From Raja brachyura (Eukaryota): DNA of 64,000 nucleotides. A program made the position numbers and the translations under genes. Positions 50,806 through 62,775 of the stretch are shown in pieces. The stretch spans positions 14,508,001 to 14,572,000 of the forward strand of contig OY740807.1 in NCBI GenBank assembly GCA_963514005.1. Reading direction: 5' to 3'. Numbering within the stretch: the first letter of the stretch is position 1; every line of letters begins with the position of its first letter. The notes under the pieces were generated by a model, which worked only from the letters and a program-made list of their open reading frames with translations, searched no databases and was not told where the DNA came from.

Positions 50806-51321
50806 CTCATGGCAAAGGATGTCAACAAAATAGAGAGGGTACAGAGGAGATTTACTAGAATGTTGCCTGGGTTTCAACAGCTAAGTTACAGAGATAGGTT
50901 GAATAAGTTACGTCTTTATTCTCTGGAGCGCAGAAGGTTAAGGGGAGACTTGATAGAGGTCTTTAAAATGATGAGAGGGATAGACAGAGTTGATGTGGAC
51001 AAGCTTTTCCCTTTGAGAATAGGGAAGATTCAAAAAGAGGACATGACTTTAGAATTAAGGGACAGAAGTTTAGGGATAACATGAGGGCGAACTTCTTTAC
51101 TCAGAGAGTGGTAGCGGTGTGGAATGAGCTTCCAGTGCAAGTGGTGGCGGCAGGTTCGTTGGTATCATTTAAAAATAAATTGGATAGGCATATGGATGAG
51201 AAGGGTATGGAGGGTATGAGTGCAGGCAGGTGGGACTAAGGGAAAAAAGTTGTTCGGCACGGACTTGAAGGGCCGAGATGGCCTGTTTCCGTGCTGTAAT
51301 TGTTATATGGTTATATGGTTA
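50806..51321 (+). mobile_element. Young CR1/HER1 LINE 3' end
   Basis: KDVNKIERVQRRFTRMLPG...YSLERRRLRGDLIEVFKMMRGIDRVD, then (after a frameshift) NFFTQRVVAVWNELP. (gttatatg)n tail. Confidence 0.95.
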
Positions 51322-51788
51322 AAGGCCATTGGAAGGCCCTTACTGCAGGGCTGCCAACTCTCTCGCATTGAACATGAGATTCACGCATTTCATGAAATTC
51401 TCACGCTCTGACGCTGATCACAGAATTTCTCACTATCAAAAAAAGCCCTGTAAATAAATAAATAAATAGATAAAATCACGAACAATTCAATTTGCCCAAG
51501 GCTTCCAGATCTCCTCCACACTCACCAATGAGAATATTTTTCTGTCGGCGGGTGTCCCCTAAAGAACGAGCAATTTGATTGTCTTAAGCACATTGTTTAA
51601 TATGACAATGTAACTGCAGTACAAATGATTCCATTTGACATTCATGGAACCAAAATCTGCTGGAAATTCCAAATAAAGCAAAAATTGTTTTAGAGGTGAG
51701 TAAAAACCACGAGGAGAATATACAAGGTGGATACATAGTCTTTTTCCCGGAATAGGTGATTTAAGAACCAGAGGGCATTGGTTTAAAG

Positions 51789-52322
51789 CAGGGGTGTCAA
51801 ACTAACAGCCCGCAAAGGAGTCCAATCCGGCCCGCGGGACAATTTTGGGGGAAAAAAAGTAGTTTTGTTTCTCCCGTGCAGATGATGTGATTGGTGTTCC
51901 ACCACTGACCCCTGAGGCACCGTTCACATCTCCCACCCTCACCTCCAGCGGCTCTGTATCCGTCGGCCACTCTGTCCACACCCCATGGAGTTTTAACCCC
52001 AGCCCAGAGCCATGAGGGGACCAGGTGAGTGGGGTGTGGGTGCCGCATCCGGTGCCTCAGGGATGAATTTCCTCTCTGATGCCTGACCCCCGGGTCACTG
52101 ACTCTCACCTCCCCCGGACCCCAGCTGGACACAGAGCACCTGGGCGAGCCCGCATTCCCGGGGGTGGGGGGAAGAGACAGGGTGGGGGGGGAGAGGGAAA
52201 CGCTCCCCGGACGTTGCCAAGTCTCCGCGTTTCCGCTCACTCCGGGTGTTGTCGCCACTTCACTGACAAACAACCTAGCACACACTGACACACACCCTCA
52301 CACACACACACTGGCACACACA
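51789..52322. mobile_element. One end of a hAT (Charlie-like) element inserted in a CR1 fragment; the other end is deleted
   Basis: Starts CAGGGGTGTCAAAC...ccggcccgcggg directly after GTTTAAAG (a Charlie-type target). CR1 sequence resumes further downstream at ~52323. Confidence 0.75.
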
Positions 52323-52636
52323 AGGTTAAAAGGAATATGGGCCGAATGCGGATAAATGGGACTAGTTTAGATGGGGCATCTTGATCTGCATGGACAAGTT
52401 GGGATGAAGGGCTTGTTTCCATGCTGTAAGTCTATGACACATTGTAGAAAGGGTGCAGTTGCTCTGGAGAGGATCTAGGGGCGATTTATGAAGATGTTGG
52501 TAGGGCTGGAATTTTTTTTCACTTTGAAGAAAGATTTGATAACTGGGATTGTATTCCCTGCAGCAACAGAGGTGAAGAAAAGACTTAGTTGAGTTGAATA
52601 ATATTATGAGAATAGGACCTATTTTGCTTAACAAAG

Positions 52637-52772
52637 AGTGTAGGAAGGAACTGCAGATGCTGGTTTAAACTGAAGATAGACACAAAAAGCTGGAATAACT
52701 CAGTGGGACAGGCAGCATCTCTGGAGAGAAAGAATGGGTGATGTTTCAGGTCGAGACGTTCAGACTGAAGAG
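52637..52772 (-). mobile_element. Penelope-derived repeat
   Basis: gtaggaaggaactgcagatgctggttt...gacacaaaaagctggaataactcag...gtgatgtttcaggtcgagac. Confidence 0.88.
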
Positions 52773-52909
52773 GTTGAAAACCTGCCATATTGATGTAAAG
52801 CACAATGACTGGAGATGTGTGTTATCCAACTGAGGGCAGAAATCAGAATCATGTGTTCATCTTTATTGACATGACACCATAATAAATATATTACAGATAA
52901 AATAATTTA

Positions 52910-53170
52910 GTGGGTGGCATGGTGGCGTACAGCACCACAGACCCAGATTTGATCCTGACTACGGGTGCTGTCTGTACAGAATTTGTACATTCTCCCCATG
53001 ACCACATGGGTTTTCTCTGGATATATTCTGGTTTCTTCCACATCCGAAAGAAGTGCAGGTTTGTTGGTTATTTGGTTTCTGTAAATTGTCCCTGGCATGT
53101 AGGATAGAACCGCTGTATGGTAGAGTGCTGGTTGGTGTGGACTTGGTGGGCCGAATAGACTGTTTCCATA
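52910..53170 (+). mobile_element. HE1/V-SINE-like SINE
   Basis: Collinear with 42551-42875. Confidence 0.88.
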
Positions 53171-55359
53171 TATATGTTTTACATATATATATTAATTACA
53201 TTGAACAATATACTTGTTTGAATATGTGGCATTATTTTCATCATTTCAATAGTCAAAGGGTAAAGTTGATTAATTTATTTGTGCAGAACAGTGATGGAAG
53301 TCCGACTCCTCTTGCCTTGTTTCTGTGGTTTTGTTTTCTATATATATGCATAACACCATGAATTATAATCTAATTTCCATACATGAATATACTAAGGTCA
53401 TTCATGTGCTGCACCTGTTGATCAGAGCCTGGCTCTACTGTGGAATGTAATTAGGAATGTAATTTAGCCTAACCTTATTCACACCTAATCCAATTTAAAG
53501 CATAAATGTTGCATTCAAGTGTAAGTTAAAAGACTCGCTACAGTATGCACCAGATTGCACAATTTCAGGCTGAAAAATGCGAAAGCTCCCAACCGTACGA
53601 GGGTGGACACTCCCCCTCACACACCCTCTCCCCCCTCAGTCGCTACGCTCCCTCACGATTTCTCACTCTGAACTCTCACCCAATGTCGGCAGCCCTGTTA
53701 CTGAGTGCGTTTCCACACAGATGATATGTGCAGATAATGATACAATTAACAAAAAATAGGGAGGGAAAGTCTTAAGGTAAGTAAACATTTGCTCTCATTT
53801 ATGGAGAAAAACAGCACTTCCCACATTCTATTAACAACTTCATCAAGATGTGTAAAAAAACATAGAATCTGAAGATTTTCATAGCAGTTTAATCTTGTAA
53901 ATCTTTTTGCCTTGTTGTGTAAGAAATGACTAACAGTCCAGCTGTCAGACTGATGAATGCCTTCCCTTCATTTATACTGGAGTAGTCACATGAAGAAACA
54001 GCCAAATTGCCCAGTGTCACACAAACTAAGATTTATTTGCACAAAATTGCAATCGGAAAGAAAAAGGGGAGATAAAATACCAGGGCAATAAAGAGCAAAG
54101 GAGAAGGATAGCAGAGTAATCCACGCAAGAAAGATCATCCATGAGATTACAATATGACAGAGACAGAGCAAATTGAAGTGCAACAGCAAATTGAAGTCAA
54201 TGCTGGGAATAAATGCAATGCAGTAGCCAACGTTCTTAATGGAAAATCCTTTGTGACTAGGTTTTTGGATTTGTTATGTTACAGGATGATAAAAGCTGCT
54301 TGTCCTATCAAATATCATATACTTAACATTGAATTCTCACCATTTCCACTGTCCTGTACAGTGGATTATACCAACCATACATCATACCCAGTGAAATTTG
54401 TACGGAATCTGACTGAAGATTAACTGGTTCATCGATCCTGTCTCTGCCCTGATTATCTCAAATTATTTTAAAGTAATGTTTAGCATTTGATGTATCCAAG
54501 TCATTTAATATTAGCATAATTCATCCATTGTTTCTAAGAATACTTAGAATCATCCTGCCTAATCTTTTCTGGAGCTTCTCTAATGTCGGTATATTTCCTT
54601 CTGGACTAAGTTAACTATTTTCTATAAACTGAATGATGCAAATTTCCCAACCTGGTAGTTTCAGTTTTTTTGTTTAAAAAAAATTTCTGAGTAATATCAG
54701 ATTTTACTGTTCTTTCTCTGGCCTGGATAGGGATCTAAACAATGGCAACAGGTGTGTTTTCTCTACCAACCTGATGTACTAATGTGCTGCCATTTGTTAA
54801 ACATGTATCTTGCTGCTTTTCATATTAGCTTCTTTCATTGACATCGTGAGAAACTTTACCCAATACTGCAAGAGTCATCCCACTATTCAGCCAGTGGTTC
54901 CTTACCAGTGCATTTGTTCAAACCCTCACTAGCCATTTTGCTCTCATGATCATGTTTTGTTATTAAACTCTAATACTCCAGTTTAACAATACACACTAGA
55001 AGTACAACACATTTCAATGGTGCCTTTAATGAAGTAAAATCATCTCAGTTTGCTTGACAGGAATATTATAACATAGAACATATTAGGATGGGTAACTACG
55101 TTTTACTAAAAAAGAGCTGGGTTTCAAGGACAATCTAAAAGAATTAATTTAAGGCAGGCAGTTTTAGGCAGGAACAGCAGAGCTTAAAGTTTAGGCAGAT
55201 AAAAGTGTGATCACCGGTGGACTTTTCATAGAGCAATTTATAAGAAGCCAGAACTGTATGTGGGACAGTTCCCACATCTTGGAAGAATCTTTGGTGAGAA
55301 AAGGTAATGGAGAGAGGTCGGGGCAAGGCCACACACGAATTCCTGGAAAGGCTCTGGAA

Positions 55360-56324
55360 TCTACCTATATATAACTAAAACTCTGATCTTGTTATCTTCC
55401 GGTTTGATGGTACTACGATCTTTCGCCAGTTCTCTCACCGTTCTCCTGTGCTGCGGGTGTACCAAGCTTCGTTCCGATCAGTTGAATGTTGTAAAAGTTA
55501 GCGAGGTTTAAGTACCTTAAAAACCACGTGTGCGCAGATCGATCTCTTTTCCTGCCAGTCAGCGCCGCACGGATTAGTCGCTTCCCCTGTCACTCCCCGG
55601 GACGGTCTGTCCCTTCCTGCACCATCGCGTCTTTACTGGAGCTGAGGTTAGCCGGTGGAGGTTTCCAACAGGACACAATTTTCGGAGGGACCCGAAGCAG
55701 CCCAGCCCCAAACAGCCCAGCCCCATGCAGCCCAGCGTCGGAGATCTGATCCGACCCAGCCCAGCCGAGCCCGGAGTCGGAGATGTCGCCAAACGGAAAG
55801 CGGAGACTCTGATCCCGGCGGAGGAGAACAACCAGCGACCGCTGTGAGTCCCCATCGCACCGCCAATTCCAGCCACTACCCCTCTGGTCCCCCTCGCTGG
55901 ATCCTCCCCCTCTCCCACGTGATGCCCCCCTCTCCCCCATGGCTCTTCCCCCGTCTTTTCTCCGAGCTCACTCCCCCCTCCATCCCCCGCGTACACACCC
56001 CTCCCCCCCGCCCACACACCCCTCTTCCCCCACACACCGCTGTTAACTTTTATCCATACTATATCCTTTAGTTTAAATATTGTTAATAATTACATAGTTT
56101 GATTACCTTTGCACCAAATTATATTACATTGCATATTGCACATCAGTTATATTTCTTCGGCCAACAGGGATAGTGTAGCCACTATCTAGAGGTACCCAGA
56201 GTAATCTGGTCAACAACCTATCATTTATAAAGTGAACTTTGACCACAAGAACAAGCTCTATTTAGGATACAGGCAGAAGCAACTGGCCCAAGAAATCGCA
56301 TCCAAGGCCGCTTCATGCCACTAG
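55360..56324 (+). mobile_element. Non-autonomous Helitron
   Basis: 5' A|TCTACCTATATATAACT and 3' CTAG|T (56321-24), with a subterminal imperfect hairpin gcatccaag-gccg-cttcatgc. No TSD or TIR. CpG-rich interior. Confidence 0.72.
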
Positions 56325-57694
56325 TGTGACAGCATTGTCCCTTGATCTCTCACCTTACTGCTCCAGGCCAGTTGCAGGGAGTCAGTGGATAAGGTGCGCA
56401 GTACAGAGTTCAATTTAATGGAAGAATTACCCATTTGTATCATTGGTGCATCCGTGCCTGAGAGACTTTCAGCGACCAGAACAAGTTTTTCAGTGTTAAA
56501 TAATTTGAGGGGGGGGGGGGGGGGTTGACAAAATTCATTTGGATTAAGTAAAATGTATATTGCAAAATGAAAACCATTCTGTGATAGTATATAATGTTAA
56601 AGTTTCATTCTCATGAATAGATACTACCTGCTCTGACTGCATTTCTATGACCACATTGCATTTGTCTGGATGCTATACTATTTAGTAAATTTACTATTCC
56701 AGTTAGGTAAAATGTAATTTTAAAAAAAATGTCTAATATACTCCAGATGCTTTGCAAATTTTACTTTTGTTATAGAGGTACAATAGAGGTACAGGTTCTG
56801 GAATCCAGGAAACAAAGTTCTGTAGGTAGTCAGCAAGCCAGGCAGCATCTGTGCAGGGAAATGGAAGAAGATATTTCGAATCAGGACCTTTCCTCAAAGA
56901 CCATCTGCTGAGTTTTACCAGTACTTGTTTTTTTCCACTCTCGATATTAAATCTTATACAAAAGCTACACATATAACCAGGTCTAAAAGCTTTTTATTTC
57001 TTCTCTGATAATCTTCGACAACAGAACTAACTTCAACCAAAACCCACTTCAACCAAATAACATATTCTTCAACAGCATTGACGGAGAAACTGAGTTGTGG
57101 GCATAGTGAGCAAATTTTCCTGTAATGTACAGTCTCATTTCATGAATTAAAATATCCGAAAGATACACAAAGATATATATTTTAAAAATGGTTTAAAATT
57201 AATGTTTGTGACTTCCGAACACTTTATTGTAGAATTATTTCAAACTGATGTTTGACAGAACTTGATCCAAATAACAAGGTACAAACATGTAGCAACAGAT
57301 TTGAACTTCACTACGAACACCAATACGAGGGTGCAAATTAAATGGGAATTGTTTCAGCCAACAGGAACGAGGGCAAAGTCTGCCCTGACATCAGCAACAG
57401 TGTGACCAATCAAGCAGAGGGTTGCAATTTTCCACAGAATAGGGCAACATAAAAGAAAAAGCATGCTTGGAAGTTGAACAGTCAATATTGCAAACTGCCT
57501 AGAAAGAATGGGGCAAGGGATAGGGGAGCGGAAAGAATGAAGGGCAATGAGGAAGATTGGATGAAAAAAATGACAGAAAAGGCAGATAGCAGGAGACAAT
57601 AAATAAAATCAATGCCTAAAGAGACAAGGTCTTCCCACTCCCTGAGAGCTGTATAAGAGGAAACAGTGTCCGTTTGTGGCTGGCGATAATACTT

Positions 57695-57834
57695 NNNNNN
57701 NNNNNNNNNNNNNNNNNNNNNNNNNNNNNNNNNNNNNNNNNNNNNNNNNNNNNNNNNNNNNNNNNNNNNNNNNNNNNNNNNNNNNNNNNNNNNNNNNNNN
57801 NNNNNNNNNNNNNNNNNNNNNNNNNNNNNNNNNN
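57695..57834. other. Assembly gap (140 N)
   Basis: Run of N. Confidence 1.
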
Positions 57835-58624
57835 TGAGAGAGATCTGTGCACAGTCCGCTCACTGTTTCTTGCTCTGCTCCTCTGCCACAAACAAGGGCG
57901 CACTGTGTGTCTGCTGCTGTCAGGGTTCCTGTAGTAATTTACACAGTGTTTGATGTTTGGATAGAGAATGGGAGCGGGCAAGAAACAAAAGCAGGGGAGG
58001 GGGGTGGGGGGGATGGAGGGAAGAGGAAGGGAAAATAACAAGGGAGGGAGAAAGGAGAAGAACAATGAGTAAACAAGGAATACTAAATGGAATCAGATTA
58101 ATTAAATAGCTTCAAGCGTGTACGGGTACAAAAACGACTTTAAAGATGATTTTACAATTTACAATCTTCTTTTCAATTCACGACAGGGTTTTGCTCCTCC
58201 CGATCTCAGTAACCTTCACTCAGAGACCTCTTTCCATTTTAATCGCTGCATCTTTTGTGAAGCACCTTCAGCTGCCTCAACCCTAAACTGTGGACCTCTC
58301 CACTTCAGTCCCTGCTTCGTTAAAATGCCTTTTTCCTGTCACTGGGCAAAGTCCAATGATATGTGATCATTCCTTTGTGGTGATTTGGGACATTTTTGTA
58401 TATTAAAGATGTTGCATAGATGCGAGTTGTTGTGAAAGCAATGATGTCCAGGTCAGATGGGTAAATTGTATCGGTACATCGATCTTGAACCATACTTGAA
58501 TCACAGCTTGCAATATATGCAGGTGCTCAGCTTGCAGCAATAATAACGTTAACTTGATTGAGACCTGTTTCTTTTCCATGCAATTAATTAACCCATTGTT
58601 AACCTCTGTTATGATTCACCACAG

Positions 58625-58654
58625 TAAGACTCCAGAGCAGCGCCATAGCGAAAG
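58625..58654 (+). CDS. Candidate 30-nt microexon
   Basis: Branch-like ttaac (~58599), acceptor ttcaccacAG and consensus donor AAG|GTAAGT. Open in phase 1 (xRLQSSAIAK) and phase 2 (KTPEQRHSE). Confidence 0.4.
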
Positions 58655-58669
58655 GTAAGTTCAGTCACC

Positions 58670-59015
58670 GTCATAAAGTCATAAAGTGACACAGTGTGGA
58701 AACAGGCCCTTCGGCCCAACTTGCCCACACTGGCCAACATGTCCCAGCTACACTAGTCCCACCTGCCTGCGCTTAGTCCACATCCCTCCAAACCTGTCCT
58801 ATCCATGTACCTGTCTAACTGTTTCTTAAACGTTGGAATAGTCCCAGCCTCAACTACCTCCTCTGGCAGCTTGTTCCATACACCCACCACTATTTGTGTG
58901 AAAAAGTTACCTCTCAGATTCCTATTAAATCTTTTCCCCTTCACCTTGAACCTATGTCCTCAATTCCCCTGCTCTGGGCAAGAGATTCTACCCGATCTAT
59001 TCCTCTTATGATTTC
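58670..59015 (-). mobile_element. CR1/HER1 LINE 3' end
   Basis: ORF 58753..58944 reads KGKRFNRNLRGNFFTQIVVGVWNKLPEEVVEAG. Confidence 0.92.
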
Positions 59016-59351
59016 ATACATGATTTTAGTCCTTTGGTAAATGACGGTTACTCCTATTGATGTTGACAGGAATAAATGTTAACTCTCTCCAGGTTATTTT
59101 CTGCAGTGCAATCTTGCCTCCCTCAATCATGCATCATCTCTGTCCAACATCTTTGTTGCATCTGAGATGAGTAAGATCAGAACTGGATAGCATATTGTGG
59201 CGAAGAGGGTAAACAATAAGTTCAAGCCATCCCTCTGTCAATCTATGGGGAGAAGGCAGGAGAATGTTGAAGGGAAAGATGGATTAGCCATGATTGAATG
59301 GTGGAGTAGACTTGATGGGCCAAATGGCCTAATTATACTGCTATCCCACAT

Positions 59352-59895
59352 ATGATACAATAGAACCTTATTTATCCCAGGAGGAAAATTGATTTGTCAA
59401 CAGTTATAAAAACACAAAATACATGAATCATTAAAGTGATGAGTGGAAATGATTGAGGATGTGTAAAGATTGGGAAGGGGGGAAGGGGAGTCAGTCTTAG
59501 TCTATCCCACGACAGAAGGGGGAGGAGTTGTACAGTTTGATAGCCAAAGGGAAGAAGGATCTCCTGTGGCTTTCCGTCCTGCATCTTGGTGGAACCAGTC
59601 TGCTGCTGAAGGTGCTCCTCAGGTTGACCAGTGTGTCATGGAGGGGGTGAGCTGTATTGTCCAGGATGCTCCGCAGTTTGAGAAGCATCCGCCCCACCAA
59701 GCCCACCTCCCATGAACCCAACTCCGCCCCCAGGACGGAGGCAGCCTTTTGCTGATGAGTTTGTTGATCCTATTGCCGTCCGTGGCCTTTGCCCTGCTGC
59801 CCCAGTGCACGGCAGTGAAGGTGGCACTGGATGCCACGATTGGGAGAACATCTGCAGCATCTTACTGCAGACGTTGAAGTAGCGGAGCCTTCTCA
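59352..59895 (-). mobile_element. Rex1/Babar LINE 3' fragment (second subfamily)
   Basis: RRLRYFNVCSKMLQMF...LRSILDNTAHPLHDTL...RCRTESHRRSFFPLAIKLYN. Confidence 0.88.
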
Positions 59896-60069
59896 TCACC
59901 TTATGACCCGTCATAAAACAATCCGGCTTAGCATGCAGGAGCTTGCTACTAACTAACATGATTTTTATTTTCTGGATATTCTTATGGTATGAAATAGGAT
60001 AATAGAAAAAAACAAGAGCAATCAAATTGATAAAACAGTAACTTACTTGTTAATTCCAATTTATTATAT

Positions 60070-60610
60070 TCCATTCGGTGCTCTGCGGCAGAGAAACCAA
60101 ATGCGTTTTGGTGAAATGGCTTTGCAGAACATTTCGCTCATGTTTCCACGTGGGTGCCCTTGAGCATCCAGTTGCCTGTCAATTAAATTCTCCATCTCAC
60201 TCCTATCCGAGCTCTGTGTGTTTGGTCTCCTACTCTGTTCCAATGAAGCTCAAAGTAAACTCAAAGAACAGCACCCACAATAGTCCACAGAACTTAACAA
60301 TGAACTCAACAATTTCAGATAGTTCACCATTCCAGACTACTTTTTCACCATCCCAGCAACCTGTTTATTTTCCTCCTCTTATTCTGTTTCTCTCCTTTTT
60401 ATACTTTCTTCAAGTATAAAATCTTGTTTTATACCTTTAAATAAATCTATCTTTATTATTTTATTTCAGCAACGACCACTACCCACCTTTGTCATCAAAC
60501 ATCTCCTGATCTTTGTCCAGTTCCATATTCTTCTCTCCCTCCCTTCTTTTCCCACAATTTAAAAGTTGTTTATTTTGTAATATTTCCCAGTTCCGATGAA
60601 AGGTCACTAC
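60070..60610 (+). mobile_element. Old Penelope GIY-YIG remnant with 3' UTR and decayed hammerhead start
   Basis: ETKC...FAEHFRS...HPVACQLNSPSHS...AQSKLKEQH, parallel to the 28230-28430 peptide. cagttccgatgaaaggtca at ~60588. Confidence 0.7.
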
Positions 60611-60649
60611 TTTGATGGGATAATACGAAACCCCATCACAATAGTCAAC

Positions 60650-61580
60650 AAGAATTAGACCAGTATATAAGTAAGGACATCTCAGATAGCTGCAAGAATG
60701 ATATGGTTATAACAACCCTAATTTAATTTCCCTAATATTGACTGGGTCTGCCTTGATGCTAAGGGCGTAATTGGGAAAGAATTTGTAAAGTGTGTCCAGG
60801 AAAGCATCATAAGGATGACCCTACCAAAGAAAGAGTTACACTCTATCTCCTCTTAAATAATTAGACTGATGATAGTGGTTGATGTATTAGTTGGGGCAAC
60901 ACTTTGGTGACCATAAATCTATCATTTTCAAAATGGTAATGGAAAAAAACAGGACAAAATAGTTATGGAAAAATACATTTACTAACTGTTGGCAAATCAA
61001 TTTCCCTCCTGGGATAAATAAAGTTCTATCGTATCGTATGTGGGATAGCAGTATAATTAGGTCGTTTGGCCCATCAAGTCTACTCCACCATTCAATCATG
61101 GCTAATCCATCTTTCCCTCCAACATTCTCCTGCCTTCTCCCCATAGATTGACAGAGGGGTGGCTTGAACTTATTGTTTACCCTCTTCGCCACAATATGCA
61201 TTCCAGTTGAGATCTTACTTGTCTCAGATGCAACAAAGATGTTGGACAGAGATGATGCATGATTGAGGGAGGCAAGATTGCACTGCAGAAAATAACCTGG
61301 AGAGAGTTAACATTTATTCCTGTCACCATCAATAAGAGTAACCGTCATTTACCAAAGGACTAAAATCATGTATGAAATCATGAGGGGAATAGATCGGGTA
61401 GAATCTCTTGCCCAGAGCAGGGGAATTGAGGACCAGAGGACATAGGTTCAAGGTGAAGAGGAAATAAAATTAATAGGAATCTGAGAGGTTACCAATTTAA
61501 GGCATCAAATTAAAGCCTTAAATTGGGAGAAGCTAATTTCGATGGCATCAGGTAGGAACTCAAAAAGTGTCCTTTGAGGA
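60650..61580 (+). mobile_element. CR1 endonuclease-domain remnant interrupted by the duplicated segment
   Basis: FNFPNIDW...EFVKCVQES...DHKSIIFKMVMEK lies before 60960, and IKALNW..ANFDGIR after 61505. Confidence 0.8.
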
Positions 61581-61589
61581 AATTCATAT

Positions 61590-62275
61590 CTTCTACCAAT
61601 TTCCCGCAGCAGCATGTTGCAGGCACCTACCACTCTCTGTAAAAATAAAATGCCATGCATATCTCCTTTAAACTTTCCCTTTCTCACCATAAACCTATCC
61701 TTTTGAGAATTTATAATTTCCACCCTGGGATAAAGGCCATCTACTCTATCTAGGCCTTTCATAATTTTATATTCTTCTGTTAAGTCACCCCTCTGATACT
61801 CTGGAGAAGACAATTCAAGTTTGTCCACCCTCTCCTTACAGCTAATACTCTTCAATCCTGGCAGAAATCTGGTGAACCTTTTCTATAGTGTGGTGACCAG
61901 AACTGCACGCAATGCTCCTTTTGTGGCCTAACAAGTTTTATATAGCTTCAACATAACTTTCATATGCAATGCACAACTGATGAAGGCAATCATGCCGAAT
62001 TCCTTCTTTACCATCTATTAACTTGTTTTGGCACTGTGGAAGCTCTGGATATACACCCCAAAATCCTTCTGTACACCAGTGCTCTTAAGGGTCCTGTCAT
62101 ATATGCCCATTTTTACTTGTCCAGATTAAACTCGTTCTGCCATTTCTCTGTCCAAATTTCCCAACGATCCACATCCTGTTATATCCTACGCCAACCTTCC
62201 TCACCATCGACAACAGTAATTTTTCTGCTGCCTGCAAACTTATTAATTTCATCCAAATCATTTATATATATTACA
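61590..62275 (-). mobile_element. CR1 LINE RT-to-C-terminal remnant
   Basis: IYINDLDEINKFAGSRKI and RGDLTEEYKIMKGLDRVD. Confidence 0.85.
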
Positions 62276-62775
62276 ATGATGACAGAGGCGGAAATCCTCT
62301 TCTCATTAATAGAGTGCTGTGTATATTTGAAGGGCAGTGACCCGCAGAGCAACAGACCTGGTGCTGTAAGGTGGATTCTAGCCAGGTAATCTTTTTTTGA
62401 CCAGAATGGCACCTTGGGATAAATGGCCTCTTCTGCGATGTAAATCAATGATGATCATGATTCTAAAGCGTTTTTTAAGATATTCTGAAAGAGCTTTGAC
62501 ATGTCCAAGTTAATAAGTATTGTTTATTTTTTCATTCATTCAGATTGTGGACGATCTGTGACACTGAGCACCCAGTCATTCATCATCTTAGTTTTCAATC
62601 CTACTCATTCTCACTGTGTCTTCACCTTCCTGCACTGGCCCAATGATGCCCAACATAAGCATCTGCAGGACTTTCAGGTAACCGCTCTTATTTTGTTCTC
62701 TCTCCACAGGTGTGGCTGTACCTCGGAATCAATGGTTTCTTATTTTGTTTCGGTCTCCAACTGCCAGTTTTTAAA

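Larger units (their letters stand above)
51346..53697. mobile_element. hAT-like non-autonomous element with 6-bp TSD, expanded by nested insertions
   Basis: TIRs CAGGGCTGCCAAC / GTCGGCAGCCCTG (12/13). Flanked by TTACTG at 51340-45 and 53698-703. Subterminal ctcac/tcacg repeats at both ends. Confidence 0.88.
58906..61492. repeat. Inverted duplication, arms ~58906-59406 and ~60983-61492
   Basis: The arms are reverse complements over ~500 bp (about 95% by hand count, with one 8-bp indel). The spacer is ~1.58 kb. Confidence 0.97.

Noticed and set aside
53440-53465. miR-1/206-like start tggaatgtaa
   Set aside because: The match ends after 10 nt, I see no convincing precursor hairpin, and it lies inside a transposon.
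53721-53776. Apparent exon with cacAG acceptor and AAG|GTAAGT donor
   Set aside because: It is 56 nt with stops in all three frames, and the upstream intron is a transposon end. It is not supportable as coding.
55528-56071. Overlapping Pro/Gly-rich ORFs
   Set aside because: Low-complexity GC-rich Helitron interior with no Rep or helicase motifs.
57609-58065. ORFs spanning the N run
   Set aside because: Their length comes from translating the gap as X.
58906-61492. Inverted repeat as an assembly artefact near the gap
   Set aside because: The arms differ by roughly 5% plus an indel, and the daughter copy cleanly interrupts a LINE.
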